Shown here: in pieces, positions 50,225 through 60,601 of the stretch
How the letters are laid out: every line of letters begins with the position of its first letter
Position numbering within the stretch: the stretch's first letter is position 1
IMG/VR virus record: IMGVR_UViG_3300005193_000001
Span: 186,001-250,000 of that record
DNA: 64,000 bases
Direction: 5' to 3' (one strand)
Source of the DNA: an uncultured virus (IMG/VR IMGVR_UViG_3300005193_000001)
Lineage: Duplodnaviria; Heunggongvirae; Uroviricota; Caudoviricetes
Notes under the pieces: model-generated
Database searches by the model: none
What the model saw: only the letters and a program-made list of their open reading frames with translations
What the model was told of the DNA's origin: nothing
Position numbers and translations under genes: made by a program

Positions 50225-51268
50225 ATGCAGCAGGACTTCCGGTCTTTACTTGTAAGCGAGGACGGAGCGTGGAAGGAAGACGCTATTCGCGATCTCGACG
50301 AACGCTCCGTCCTTGAGTGGATTAAGGCGAGGGTTGTGGGTCCGCAGAAGGATGGGTTCGGTCAACCCGGTGATAGGTGGAATCCAGAACATCCCGCCGA
50401 CAAGTTCTTTCATCTTGCCTCCAAACTTCAAGACTGGAGACAATACAGGATTGACTATCCCGAGTTCTCCGAAGTCCTTTACAACGCTTCCGCTACGTTC
50501 CTGGAGCAGTGCGACAGAGAGAAGGTGGGGTATCGAGATATGGCGGCGTTTTGCTGGCAACTTGCAGCCAGCGCAACTTACGTCAAGGACCCCGAAGCCG
50601 CACGGAATCTGGTGAACAGGTACCGGAATCTCGTGCTGTCCGAGAAGTTCTCGTGGTGGCCCTTCGACGACATAGGCTGGACGAAGGGAGTGACAGCGAA
50701 GAGTTCGGACACAGATATCGAGCTCAACGTGCACAACATGCTCCAGCGTGCTCTGGTTCGGTTGCAAGCCCAGACTGGAAAGCGTGGTGACGACGCGGAG
50801 CTTGTCGAGCACTTCGACAACTACGACGCCCGTACCAAGACGTTCGTTGAAGGCTTCACGGGCAAACTCGCGTTCTGTGGGGACGTTCCGGACCGAGACT
50901 GGATCAATGCCCACGAACCGTTCTGGAACTTCTACAGGATGTATGCAAAAGAGGCCGGAAGCTGGTCTTCGAGGGCCTTGAACAGAATCGTGAGACAAGC
51001 TTATAGCTTCCCATACATCGTGCGGGATCCCGATTACCACGAAGAGACCATAAAACGTCTCGCATACGAAATCAGAATTTGCAAATTCAATAGCCTCAGA
51101 ACCGGGTGGAACCGCGAAGACGTTTGGGAGGAGATTCGAGAGGGCATCGAAGAAAACCTTGAAACCTACAACGAGTACGACAGGCGCGGTCAAGAACCGC
51201 TCTCGCAACGAGAGTTTTGGCCGATGCCGGAAGACATTGAAGACGTTCCTGCGTTAGACCGTTCATAA
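50225..51268 (+). CDS. hypothetical protein (347 aa)
   Basis: Long Trp-rich ORF with no recognised motif. Confidence 0.8.
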   Translation: MQQDFRSLLVSEDGAWKEDAIRDLDERSVLEWIKARVVGPQKDGFGQPGDRWNPEHPADKFFHLASKLQDWRQYRIDYPEFSEVLYNASATFLEQCDREKVGYRDMAAFCWQLAASATYVKDPEAARNLVNRYRNLVLSEKFSWWPFDDIGWTKGVTAKSSDTDIELNVHNMLQRALVRLQAQTGKRGDDAELVEHFDNYDARTKTFVEGFTGKLAFCGDVPDRDWINAHEPFWNFYRMYAKEAGSWSSRALNRIVRQAYSFPYIVRDPDYHEETIKRLAYEIRICKFNSLRTGWNREDVWEEIREGIEENLETYNEYDRRGQEPLSQREFWPMPEDIEDVPALDRS

Positions 51269-51282
51269 CCACCACCAGAACC

Positions 51283-54224
51283 GTGTCTCAAGACTGGTAC
51301 ATTTCCGAAGAAGACAAGTGGGGATTCACCGAGATCTTTGACGGGCCGTTCGAAACCGAACACGAAGCCATCCGCGAAATCGAGAGGATGGAGGAGGACG
51401 ACCCGAAAGCGGCGGAGAACCTCTTCGTCCAGCAAGGCGACCACACCATAGACTCCTTTTACGAGTAATGCCTAACGTAGCGAAAGAACTTGACTACAGC
51501 GCCGGGGTAGCGAAGGTAGAAGGCGAGCCCGTCTTTATCGAGTGCGAAGACGGCTACAATCTTCGCATTCCGACGACGAAAGAAGCAGTGCGTCGTTACA
51601 ACGCCTTCGAGCCCATGAAACGTGCCTTGGAGCACTTCGCCGCTGGAAATGAGAAGCGTGCACGGACGCTTATGGAAAGGGCAGAAGGCGTAGACTTTTT
51701 CGACACTAATAACAACAAATGGCCTCCAGTGTAATGGGCATTCCAGCGCAGAAGCACACGAAACCGGACGATCCACCAAAGGGATACGAGCGCAAGTGCG
51801 AAGGTAAAGTTTCGAAGTCGGACTTGATCTGGAGCACGTCGGAACACAGGTATCTTCCCGCTAAAGAGTTTAGGGTCGAGGGACTTCCCGTGGACACCTT
51901 TTGGGGAGTCGCTGAAAGAGCCCCTTCATGAGGTCTTGACGAAACAAAGGACGTTTTTGAAGCGTGTAAGCTCTTGCCAACAGATTTCACAACTAACCAC
52001 CAACAACGCTATGAACAGGCAAAAGCTCATCAGCGAACTCGAACGCGCTAACACCTTCTACGGCGAACAAGCGGAGGAAGCTTTCGAAAGCGGAAATCGG
52101 GAGGAGGGCATCAAATACGGCCACATGGCCGACGCCCACGGAGAAGCGGCAAAAGCCCTTCGCAACGGTCGTAGCCGCAAGTACGTTAACAGTCGCTGGA
52201 ATGGTATTTTAGACTTTTAGATGTGAAAAGCTTCGACGACAACTATAATCACATGACTCTCGCAGATATAGACAAAATGGGAAAGAAATCCCCTAAGCCC
52301 AAGTCGTCGAGCGAAATTTCGTTCGTGCAGTCGGTCCCTTACGACTTCGCGTTCATTCCGATTGGACTCTTCGTCACCGGGATACTCGGCACAGCGTTTG
52401 CCGCGTTTTATGGAGTCTCGGTGGCCCTCGTTCCCATAGCCGTTTTTGCCGCTGTCTTTTCGTATTTCGTAGCCCGTCACAACAAGATAAACGAAGTCGC
52501 GGACAAGCTTCCACACGAAGTCATTGACAACTTCATGCTATGGGAAGAGGGCGACGAGATTCGTCTCGGAGTCGGGTCAAACCACCTCAGTCTTTTCTAC
52601 CAAGGCGTTTTGGAAAGCGGGCTCCTCGTCTTCGAAAGGGAAAGAGACGGCGGAGAACAGGTGCTTTCGGCACGCGTTTTCCGCTTCATGCGACACGAAA
52701 ACAAGTCTTTGCGGAGACGAAGGGCGGAAGACGTTAGGACCGACAAGGTCGGAGGCAACTACAGGAAGTTCGTGCAAAGCGCCCAACAAGAGCTCCAATC
52801 TCTCACTAGCGACAGTCAAATAGACACAGACGGCGAATGGAATCGCACAAGTTCGAAGACCTCGGAATCACAAAAATCGACTCGGGCCTCCGAGACCGGG
52901 TAATCTTCACTCATTGAAACCAGTAGAGTAGACAAAAAAGAGTACGAGCGCGTGGTGGAGGGCGACGACCCGGCACGTGCACTTTCCAACCGATTCTTTT
53001 CATCTAATCAGTAACGTCTATATGCCTACAAAGCGCGAAATCTACAGGCTCGATCTCCCTGGCACCCACCTTACGAACTGGATCGTGGACGAAGCGGCGA
53101 AAACGGTCCTGCCTCCAATGATGCCGATGGACAACGGCGGGGTGGCAATCGTCGATCCCGAAACCGTTCTCGAAGGCTTGGAGAAGATGCACGGAGGTCC
53201 GTTTCAGGCCCATTTCTCGGTGCACGAAGTCGAAGAGGCGAAAACCAAGATTCGGAAAGAAATCGACGAGCTTCCCGAAGACGTCGACGAAGTTGAATAT
53301 GTTACAATGCGATAACAATGGTCATTGAAGTAGAAGACGCCGAAAAGGTCCGGTATCCTTGGGAACTCAAGGAAATGATGATCTGGACATCGGGTTCTCG
53401 CTTTCAATTCGAAACTTCGCGTTCGGCAAGGATAGAAAGCGCGATCCTCGATTGGAAGTCGGGAAACCTTGTCGTTGACCTCGGGAACGTCGAACTCTCG
53501 TTCTCGGAAGACCTTATGGACGGTCTCAGATACAGGGTCTCCCAAATTCGCGACAAACACAGCGAACTGGACGCCGTTTCAATGCCACAAGACCTTTTAA
53601 GTCAACGATGAACAACATTCAAAACCGAATCAACGAGGCTCGACAACGCAATCCCACAGTCGACTCTTGTTTCCGTAAGGTACGAGAACGGCGCGACTCC
53701 ACGATGCTTCGTGGTTCCGACTACGTGCGTGCACTTGAACTCGCCGTCGTTGAACTTGAGGAACAGTACGCGGATCTAAAAAAGAGGCATCTTGAGGCTT
53801 CGGAAAAGGGCATGGAGCCGATCAACCCACGCACGAAAGATTAGGGACGTTAATCGGAAGCGACAACGCCCGTAAAAACCCTAGAACCTATGAATATTAG
53901 TCCTCACACGCAACCAAAGTTATGGAAATTGAGCACATGACTGAGGTGATTCTGGAAGACGGAACCACTTCCTACGAAACGTTTCGAACTCGCGTTGAAC
54001 CGCCCCCCGCTCCCCGGTCGTTTGACCATCCTGACGAAATTCAAGACTGGTTGGAGTTGAAAACGACGCTTATACCGAGCCGCCACGTTTCGGACGTATT
54101 CGAAATCAGTGACTGCGTGAGCACTGATCCGGACAGGATAGAGCGATTCCCCGAACGGACACCAAACCACGAAATCGGAGAGATCTCCGAACTTCTCCTT
54201 CCGTATTATGACTTAGATGCATAG
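51283..54224 (+). other. run of about 9 small hypothetical CDS, including membrane protein 52223-52903
   Basis: Coupled co-oriented ORFs. Confidence 0.6.
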
Positions 54225-54273
54225 GGACCTTCAAGGTATCTCGCGTCGTTGTGCTCCTGTTTCTGGTCTTTAT

Positions 54274-54389
54274 AACATAGGGGTCGCGTGCGACATAGGG
54301 GGGGTCAACGTGTCGAATCTCAATCCGAGCACCCCCATGGTAGAAATTTACCCTATCGAGGGAAGGACTCTCTCGCGACCCCCCATGTT
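54274..54389. repeat. structured element, copy 2, with terminal inverted repeat
   Basis: AACATAGGGGTCGCG..CGCGACCCCCCATGTT; 17-nt core identical to 43372-43388. Confidence 0.6.
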
Positions 54390-54567
54390 GCTCGCGAATA
54401 CTACACTATAACCAGTATACTACTCGCTCCATGTTCATAACCGTGCCGTGGGATGGAAGAAAGGTGGTGTTCACGCTATTTGCGATGTTCATGGCGTCCG
54501 CCGTCTCGGTGCTTTCCGAAGATGGGAAAGACGCTTCGATTTAATGTCCGTTAAAACTCGAAAGACA

Positions 54568-55065
54568 ATGAAAAGCAGCTTTTGGAAAACCGCTCTCGTC
54601 GGCGTTCTCGCGCTTGCAATCGGCGTCGTCGGCTCTTTGGAAAAGAGGCCCCGAGAAACCGAAGTCAGGTTCTTTCGCAACGTGGACCCGGACCGAACCG
54701 TGGCCCAAGTCCTGATTCGCGGCAAAATGCGGCCCGGTTATGGAAACCGAGTAGACCTCGTGGAAGTTGGCTCCGACCTGAAGCCGATTACGGGGGACAC
54801 GCTCCGGATCTGGGTCCAGCACTACAGGCCCGGACAGAAGAAGCAAAGAGCACGGCTGCTTCGAAAATCGGCGGAGTACGACCTTTTGGTTCACTGCTAC
54901 CCGCAGGACGTTCCGGCTTCAGTCACGAACAAGAACGTGTTTCCGAAAGCCAAGAACTTGATTCACGTTTACCCGCTGGTCAACAGCGACTACACCGCGA
55001 TTGCGAGTTCGGAGTCCGAAGTCTTGAACTTCATGACGGCTCGCCAGATGTTGGAAGAGCCTTAA
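54568..55065 (+). CDS. hypothetical secreted/membrane-anchored protein
   Basis: MKSSFWKTALVGVLALAIGVVG signal-like N-terminus. Confidence 0.65.
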   Translation: MKSSFWKTALVGVLALAIGVVGSLEKRPRETEVRFFRNVDPDRTVAQVLIRGKMRPGYGNRVDLVEVGSDLKPITGDTLRIWVQHYRPGQKKQRARLLRKSAEYDLLVHCYPQDVPASVTNKNVFPKAKNLIHVYPLVNSDYTAIASSESEVLNFMTARQMLEEP

Positions 55066-55185
55066 CGACGGAACGCGGAAAGTGTCCGAGAAATCCAAGG
55101 AAAGGCCCGGAGAAACGCTCTCTCGGCCTCTAGCTTTGAGCAAACATTCAAGCACCGACTTTCATTTTCAAACAAAAAAGAGCTT

Positions 55186-55626
55186 ATGAACCGACCACAA
55201 CTTTTCGAGCGAAGCGTTGACGTTCTCGTGGAAGCCTACTTTAACGACACCTTGCGTCACGGAGACGACTGCGCCTGTGCTGTCGGCAACCTTGTGGCTG
55301 CTGAGCTTCATGGAGCCTCGACGGAAGCGGACAGCATCTTGGAGTGGCCGAACCACAGCGACGGCAAAGGCTGGTACGACTCCATGACGGACTACAAGTA
55401 CGAAGAAAGGGAGGTCGAGATCGCGGAGCCGCTGGACTACGACAACGACGAGATCGTCGCAATCGAGGATGCCTTCGAACTTGCGTGGTTCGACGAAGAT
55501 CTGAACGAGAACGCCGACAAACGTTTTGAAGGACTGATGAACGTTCTCGACGTTCTGTTCTATATCCACGACGTCGAAGACCAAAGCGTCCGCGAAGCTT
55601 CTCGAAACAGGTTCGCAGCTGCGTAA
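55186..55626 (+). CDS. hypothetical protein
   Basis: LVEAYFNDTL.HGDDCACAVGNLVA motif; acidic. Confidence 0.75.
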   Translation: MNRPQLFERSVDVLVEAYFNDTLRHGDDCACAVGNLVAAELHGASTEADSILEWPNHSDGKGWYDSMTDYKYEEREVEIAEPLDYDNDEIVAIEDAFELAWFDEDLNENADKRFEGLMNVLDVLFYIHDVEDQSVREASRNRFAAA

Positions 55627-56301
55627 TGGGCTGCGATATCCACTTTCACGAGGAGTTCAAGGTCAAGTAAAGGCGGCGTCCGATACGTGCTCGAAGACGG
55701 AAGGAGCAGAACGAGGGCGAAGCCCAAATCTACGACATGCTTCACGTAAAAGAAAAGATCGAAGATGAACAGCGCTACTCCACAGTTCAGGACGGCGAAC
55801 CTTTGTCCCGCTGGAAAGGAAGCGAAACAGATGTGGCGAGAAATGGAGGAGAGAGGTCAACTAAGACAAACCGATTTCGTCAAGCCACTTGGCGGCGGTC
55901 CTTCTCAAGTAACCTTCACCGATCCACAATGACTAATCTTCGAGCCGCGTTCTGGACGCATATCGACGGTTTCAACAACGAACCGTGTGCCGGGTGGGGC
56001 TACAACGACCCTACCCAACTTATTTTTCACATCGATTGAGGACACAGGCCGCATGCTCAGGATCTTGAACAACGCCCGAACCGACCGCATCGTCAAGAAC
56101 GCTACCTCGATGCGGTCATAGACAGACTCAAAGATGAGCGATAAAGACGACAAGCACAACACAGCGTGGAACATTCGAATCTCGGACCCTCTTCTCCGTC
56201 CCGGCCTTGAAATCGAGGCTGGTCCCGTGAGCGAAGACTACGTGGTGCCCACGGTCCGAAAAGGGCTGGAAAAGGTCCGCGAGATCAACAACGACGAATG
56301 A

Positions 56302-56799
56302 AAATTTTGTAACGCTGAACGGAGCTTTGGTTTCGCGCTCGTCGCGTGCAGGAACGAGGATTAGTATTCAAGTCAAGCGGCCCGAAGAGGGAGCGACAGA
56401 GCGCGAAGAACGACAAAAGCTCGAACTGCTTAGGAGACTGAACAGAATTCTGAGCTTGGACCATAGAGCGCCGCAAAGTCCGCAAGTTCTGGTACGCGGG
56501 ACTCGGGTTTTGGTTATCGAAGCCAACGCAGTCTCCAGCTACGGCAAGCTCTCGGAAGGCGGCTCAGCGTCCGGGAGCCCGACGAGACCAAAGCGTTTCT
56601 GCAGGACTACCAGCGCAGAGCCTTCGAGCATGAGTCAACGCACGGGCGCACACGACTAGTGGGGGTATAGTCCATACCGGGTGGAGCGGGTGTACCGTAT
56701 CGCGGCTCCCCGCTTTCATACCGCGCCTCCAAAGCGCCCCGTCAAGCTACGGTCTGCACCCACGCTCTTGATACCCCTTGTCCAACCCCCGGTATCACG
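56302..56799 (+). ncRNA. free-standing group I intron-like structured RNA
   Basis: P3 GCTCGAA/TTCGAGC and P7 GGACTA/TAGTCC pseudoknot in group I order with P4-P5, P8 and P9-like helices; G-U pairs indicate plus strand. Confidence 0.62.
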
Positions 56800-57664
56800 C
56801 CCGATTTCGCTGCGCAACCGTCTTCTTGGCTATCCTGCGCCTCCTGCCCGCTGCCTTTACCGAGAAGTTGCGGGTGCTTCCCAAAGGCTTGGTAGGCTCT
56901 ATAACATCTATGTTGTAGTAGTCGATTTCGTCAACGTCTTCACAACGCCGTACGACGTCGTTTACCTTCACGGCCTGAGACACGTCCTCGCGCACGATTT
57001 CGTTGAGGAGAGTGCTGATCGTCGAGCCCAAAACGTCGATCACGTTGTTGGCGCGAGTTTGGACGCCACGATCAAGAATAGAGTTCACGACCACGACGAT
57101 TCGGTCAAGGTCCGACATTTCGATCACGTCCTTCATCGGCGTTATGTTGCGCACTCCACCGTCCACCATCTGTGGGCGTTCCGGCGAGACCCAAACGGGC
57201 TCGACGAAAACGGGAATAGCCGAAGACGCAAGTACGTACCTTCGCGCCTTCTCCGCTTCCCTGTCGTCGTAGCTTTCTTCGGGATCAATCTCGTAGCCGA
57301 CGTACTCTCCGGTGTCAATGTCAACGGCTCCGGAACGGAACTTCGTCACGACGTCGTTCGGGTCGAAAACGTCCTGCAAGGTCCTGAACAAAGGTCTGGG
57401 ATTATAAAGACCATTTTCCATTCCTGCTGCGACTCTAAGGTACCGAAGTATCCCGGTCTCCCAAACGTCCTCTCTTCGCGTTTCGTCCCAAATTTCCCGG
57501 AGCTTCGAAGTCCGGTCTTGGGCTACTACGCTTCCGTTTAGGGCTCCGGTGGATACCCCGGCGATGGCGTCCCATTCAAAGCCTTGCTTCTCCAAAAGCC
57601 TTACGACTTCGGCCTGGAAGCTTCCTTTTGCCCCACCCCCGGCCAGAACTAGTCCTGTTTTCAT
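56795..57664 (-). CDS. patatin-like phospholipase
   Basis: LAGGGAKG, GVSTG nucleophile, ASSAIP, VDGG. Confidence 0.93.
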   Translation of the reverse strand: MKTGLVLAGGGAKGSFQAEVVRLLEKQGFEWDAIAGVSTGALNGSVVAQDRTSKLREIWDETRREDVWETGILRYLRVAAGMENGLYNPRPLFRTLQDVFDPNDVVTKFRSGAVDIDTGEYVGYEIDPEESYDDREAEKARRYVLASSAIPVFVEPVWVSPERPQMVDGGVRNITPMKDVIEMSDLDRIVVVVNSILDRGVQTRANNVIDVLGSTISTLLNEIVREDVSQAVKVNDVVRRCEDVDEIDYYNIDVIEPTKPLGSTRNFSVKAAGRRRRIAKKTVAQRNRA

Positions 57665-57685
57665 GGTTGTTTGTTTTTGTTTTAA

Positions 57686-58690
57686 CTACACTATGAGTTC
57701 TCCGTACCTCGGTCCGGTTTCGTAACCGTCTTCCGTCTTGGTGAAGAAGCCTCGACGGGCAAGTGCGTCTCCACCTCGCCTGTCAACGCGCTCGTCGTTG
57801 CGGAACTGCCGGATCGACTTTAGCTGCGTTTCCGTAAGCTCGACGCCACGCTTGGTGTGATACGTCTCTCTCCGAAGCTTTCCCAAGGTATCAACGGAGA
57901 CCTTCTGACTTTCCCACCTTCCCTTTTCGTCACGTGAAAGGTCCGCGAGATCCGAGATCGACAGTTCCGCAACGTCGAGCCCCCAATCTCTGGCGCTGGA
58001 CACCATGCGCTCTATGCTTTCGTCCACGTAGGGTTCAAGGAGCTCGATGAAGACGCGAACAAAGACCGGGCCGTGAAAACTGACAAGATGCTGGACGCCG
58101 AGTTCCTGTACCACCGCGTGTGCGGCTTCGTGGACCACGGTGTGCTTCGAAAACCCTCTTCCGTTCGAAAGCCGAATCTGGTGGACGCCGGACCTGTAGA
58201 CGCTCCAGCGATTCCTGTTCGGGTGGTGCGCAACGTTGGGAGTCTCGATGTTGTCGTGGTCCGCGAGCAATTCGTTTTTCAGAAACCTTTCGGCCTCGTC
58301 CGTGCTTTCGAACTTTTCGGTCAACTCCTCGGAGTGGGTGCCGTCCCAACCGTAGAGGTTGCTCATGTCTCGGAACCTGCGTTCCCAACTGTAGAGCTTG
58401 CTACGCTGGTAATCGTCGGGACGGTTCCAGAGCTTGTAGGCGTTCTTCTCTCGATAATTTTCTACCACGTTGTCGTTGCGCTTGATCTTGAACTCGACGC
58501 GGTGCACGAGCGCGTAGTTTTTGGTAACGTCTACACGGACTCTGTCTCCGGGTTCAGCCTTGCTTTTCAGGTCTTTCACCTTTCTCAGCCTTTCGCCGTT
58601 CAGGTAGCACTCGTAGCAGTAGGGGCTACCCCAACGGGAAAGCTTGGCGGTGATGAGGTCGCGAATGTAAGTTCGGTTCAAGTCTTCCAT
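57686..58690 (-). CDS. HExxH zinc metallopeptidase-like protein
   Basis: QRSKLYSWE, VVHEAAHAV..FHGPVF; probable start MEDLNRT. Confidence 0.7.
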   Translation of the reverse strand: MEDLNRTYIRDLITAKLSRWGSPYCYECYLNGERLRKVKDLKSKAEPGDRVRVDVTKNYALVHRVEFKIKRNDNVVENYREKNAYKLWNRPDDYQRSKLYSWERRFRDMSNLYGWDGTHSEELTEKFESTDEAERFLKNELLADHDNIETPNVAHHPNRNRWSVYRSGVHQIRLSNGRGFSKHTVVHEAAHAVVQELGVQHLVSFHGPVFVRVFIELLEPYVDESIERMVSSARDWGLDVAELSISDLADLSRDEKGRWESQKVSVDTLGKLRRETYHTKRGVELTETQLKSIRQFRNDERVDRRGGDALARRGFFTKTEDGYETGPRYGELIV

Positions 58691-58715
58691 TGGCTTGGTG
58701 GTGTTGGTGGTTGCG

Positions 58716-59048
58716 TTAACGAAGAAAGAACGGGAGGGCTTTCCAGTCTTCCACACCTTCCGGCTTTTCGGCGTCGTAGTAGTAGTCCCCATCCGTGATC
58801 CAGACGTGACCGCCGAACTCGCCCAAAGGCTCGTTCCCGTGAGCTTCCGGTGTGTCGATTCTGACGTTAGGGTCGTCCACCGTTTCCACGACGTCGTATG
58901 CGAAGTCTTCACACAAGCCGTCGTTGATCTCGTAGGGCTTCGGGTACTGCTTTCCCTTCGGGTGTCGCGGCATGGTGCCGTTTTCCAACAGGCGTTCGAT
59001 GGCTTCCGTGACACCCGAAATCGGCTCCACGTCTTTCGTCAGTGGCAT
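58716..59048 (-). CDS. small papain/transglutaminase-fold-like protein
   Basis: INDGLCEDFA..GHVWI..YYDAE Cys-His-Asp triad pattern. Confidence 0.6.
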   Translation of the reverse strand: MPLTKDVEPISGVTEAIERLLENGTMPRHPKGKQYPKPYEINDGLCEDFAYDVVETVDDPNVRIDTPEAHGNEPLGEFGGHVWITDGDYYYDAEKPEGVEDWKALPFFLR

Positions 59049-59087
59049 GGGTTTCGGTTGGTTGGTGCCTCTCGATTTCGCGTCTCT

Positions 59088-59151
59088 TTACACGTGTAGA
59101 AAGAAAAAAGGTTTCGCGCACACATGCGCTTTCACACGAGCTTCATGAAAC
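59088..59151. promoter_or_regulatory. divergent ECF-like promoters sharing a repeat box
   Basis: Minus GAAAC-N16-CGTGTAA; TTCA-N7-TTCA; plus GAAAC. Confidence 0.7.
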
Positions 59152-59185
59152 CGAATCAAGGGGGTCGAGCATTGAACTTCACGTT

Positions 59186-59650
59186 ATGCTAAAAAACTAC
59201 GAACTCGACTACGTTCGAAGCGTGGGGTCGGAAGGCTTGGATTTCCGTGTTCTGGACGGATCACGCACTACACTTCTAATTGAGTCCGAAAGCGACTCTT
59301 TTCTCGTACCTCCGCATTTCGAATACGGCGACTTGAAGAAGTGGGTTATGGACTGGCCGTGTCCCGTGAAAAACAAGCGCAACCTGCTCGTGGCCCGAAG
59401 TCACATGGTTGCAGGGAACTTCGCTCGTCAAACGGGGCTCGATGAAATAGAATATGTCTCGTTCGAGACCGCCCACAGAGACTTGAGAGGCGTTGGATCG
59501 AGCGGTGACGTCGTTGTCAGGGTGTTCATCGAAGACATAGAATCCAACTCACGCAAGCTGATGGACAACATCCGAGAGACGGGAAGGCTTGCAAAGCGTG
59601 GATTTGCAACCGACAGGATTCTCGAAGTCCAAAAGTTCCGACTGCCTTAA
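59186..59650 (+). CDS. hypothetical protein
   Basis: Probable start MLKNYEL. Confidence 0.55.
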   Translation: MLKNYELDYVRSVGSEGLDFRVLDGSRTTLLIESESDSFLVPPHFEYGDLKKWVMDWPCPVKNKRNLLVARSHMVAGNFARQTGLDEIEYVSFETAHRDLRGVGSSGDVVVRVFIEDIESNSRKLMDNIRETGRLAKRGFATDRILEVQKFRLP

Positions 59651-59699
59651 CGGAGCCTTCACAGAAGAATCGAAACGTGGAACGTCTTCGTGCGTGTAA
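59647..59699 (+). promoter_or_regulatory. ECF-like promoter with 11-bp repeat boxes
   Basis: TTAA-N7-TTCA..GAAAC-N16-CGTGTAA. Confidence 0.72.
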
Positions 59700-59713
59700 A
59701 CGTGTGAACTAAA

Positions 59714-60601
59714 ATGAAGAACCAACCATCAACCCCCGACATGAGCAAGCAAGAGCTAAAAGAGGAGCGCGAAACGCTTTCTGAGCTTCAGAGCAAGATC
59801 TTGAGCCGCCATCCGAAGTACGGGGATCGCCCGGAGGCAATTCAGGCTCTGCTCGAAGACGTTGGAGAGCGTTGGAACGAAGTTTCCGACAAGATCCAAA
59901 ACTACCAGGATTACGGCCAGCCCGAAGCTCCCGAAACCACGGGTTCGGGGATGAGCCGCCACGACCGCATTCACACGGGCAGTCGTTAACACGATGATTC
60001 TTTTCTTTGCTCTCGCGGCACTGGTGGTGGGGCGTTGCCTCCGGGAGGTCTTCGACTTTCGGGGCTTTCCGGTGGTGACGCTCCTGTCCGGTGCCGTCTT
60101 TCTTTACGGTTTTTACGTCGTAGGATACTACGGTCCTTCGGTTCTTTTCCACTTCATAACTTGATCTCTTCTTCTATGCGACCAGTTGACGTTGTTAACG
60201 TTCTTCAAGAGGTCATCACCTCCGATGAAGACGGGGACGAAATTCGAGAACGGCTGAAATCTGTTATCGATGCCCTCAAAGAGAACAGAGACGTATACTA
60301 CGACGAGAATAGGGCCAACTTGTACATCGATATTCCAATTGATAACAACAGCAGAGAGGAGACCTTTTATACGCTCTGCCACAAAACCGCACGGCTGTTG
60401 AGAACGCAACTCGACAACCTGTCGGTGGAGGGAAAGTCCGATATGGCCGATCTCGACGATTGTAGAGCCCGAAGCATCCAGCGTCTTCGGGAGAGGCTCG
60501 ATGCCGTCGAAGAACAGTCTGTTGTCGATGCTTCCCTTTTCGATCCGGAAGTTATCCCTGACAACTTCACCGTCGTTAGAGCTATCAAGAACAACTCATG
60601 A
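59714..60601 (+). other. small hypothetical CDS (59714-59989, membrane peptide near 59994-60164, 60176-60601)
   Basis: Co-oriented ORFs downstream of the promoter. Confidence 0.55.

Noticed and set aside
407..51208. Many long antisense ORFs in the track (e.g. 407-1060, 23559-24170, 31473-32144, 50246-51208)
   Set aside because: Shadows of motif-bearing or acidic genes on the opposite strand
56327..56659. ORFs overlapping the structured RNA (56327-56659 +, 56285-56485 -)
   Set aside because: Arg/Ser-rich and unlike the acidic proteome; dense base pairing explains the region better
56302..56799. RNase P, tmRNA or group II intron identity (GTGCGCCCG on the minus strand near 56643-56651)
   Set aside because: No GAGGAAAGTCC/P4 partner, no tRNA-like ends, no domain V; G-U pairs favour the plus strand
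56681..57541. 286-aa plus-strand ORF as exon 2 of the intron-like RNA
   Set aside because: It is the antisense shadow of patatin; an in-frame join to ATG at 56298 is possible but has about 1-in-3 chance odds
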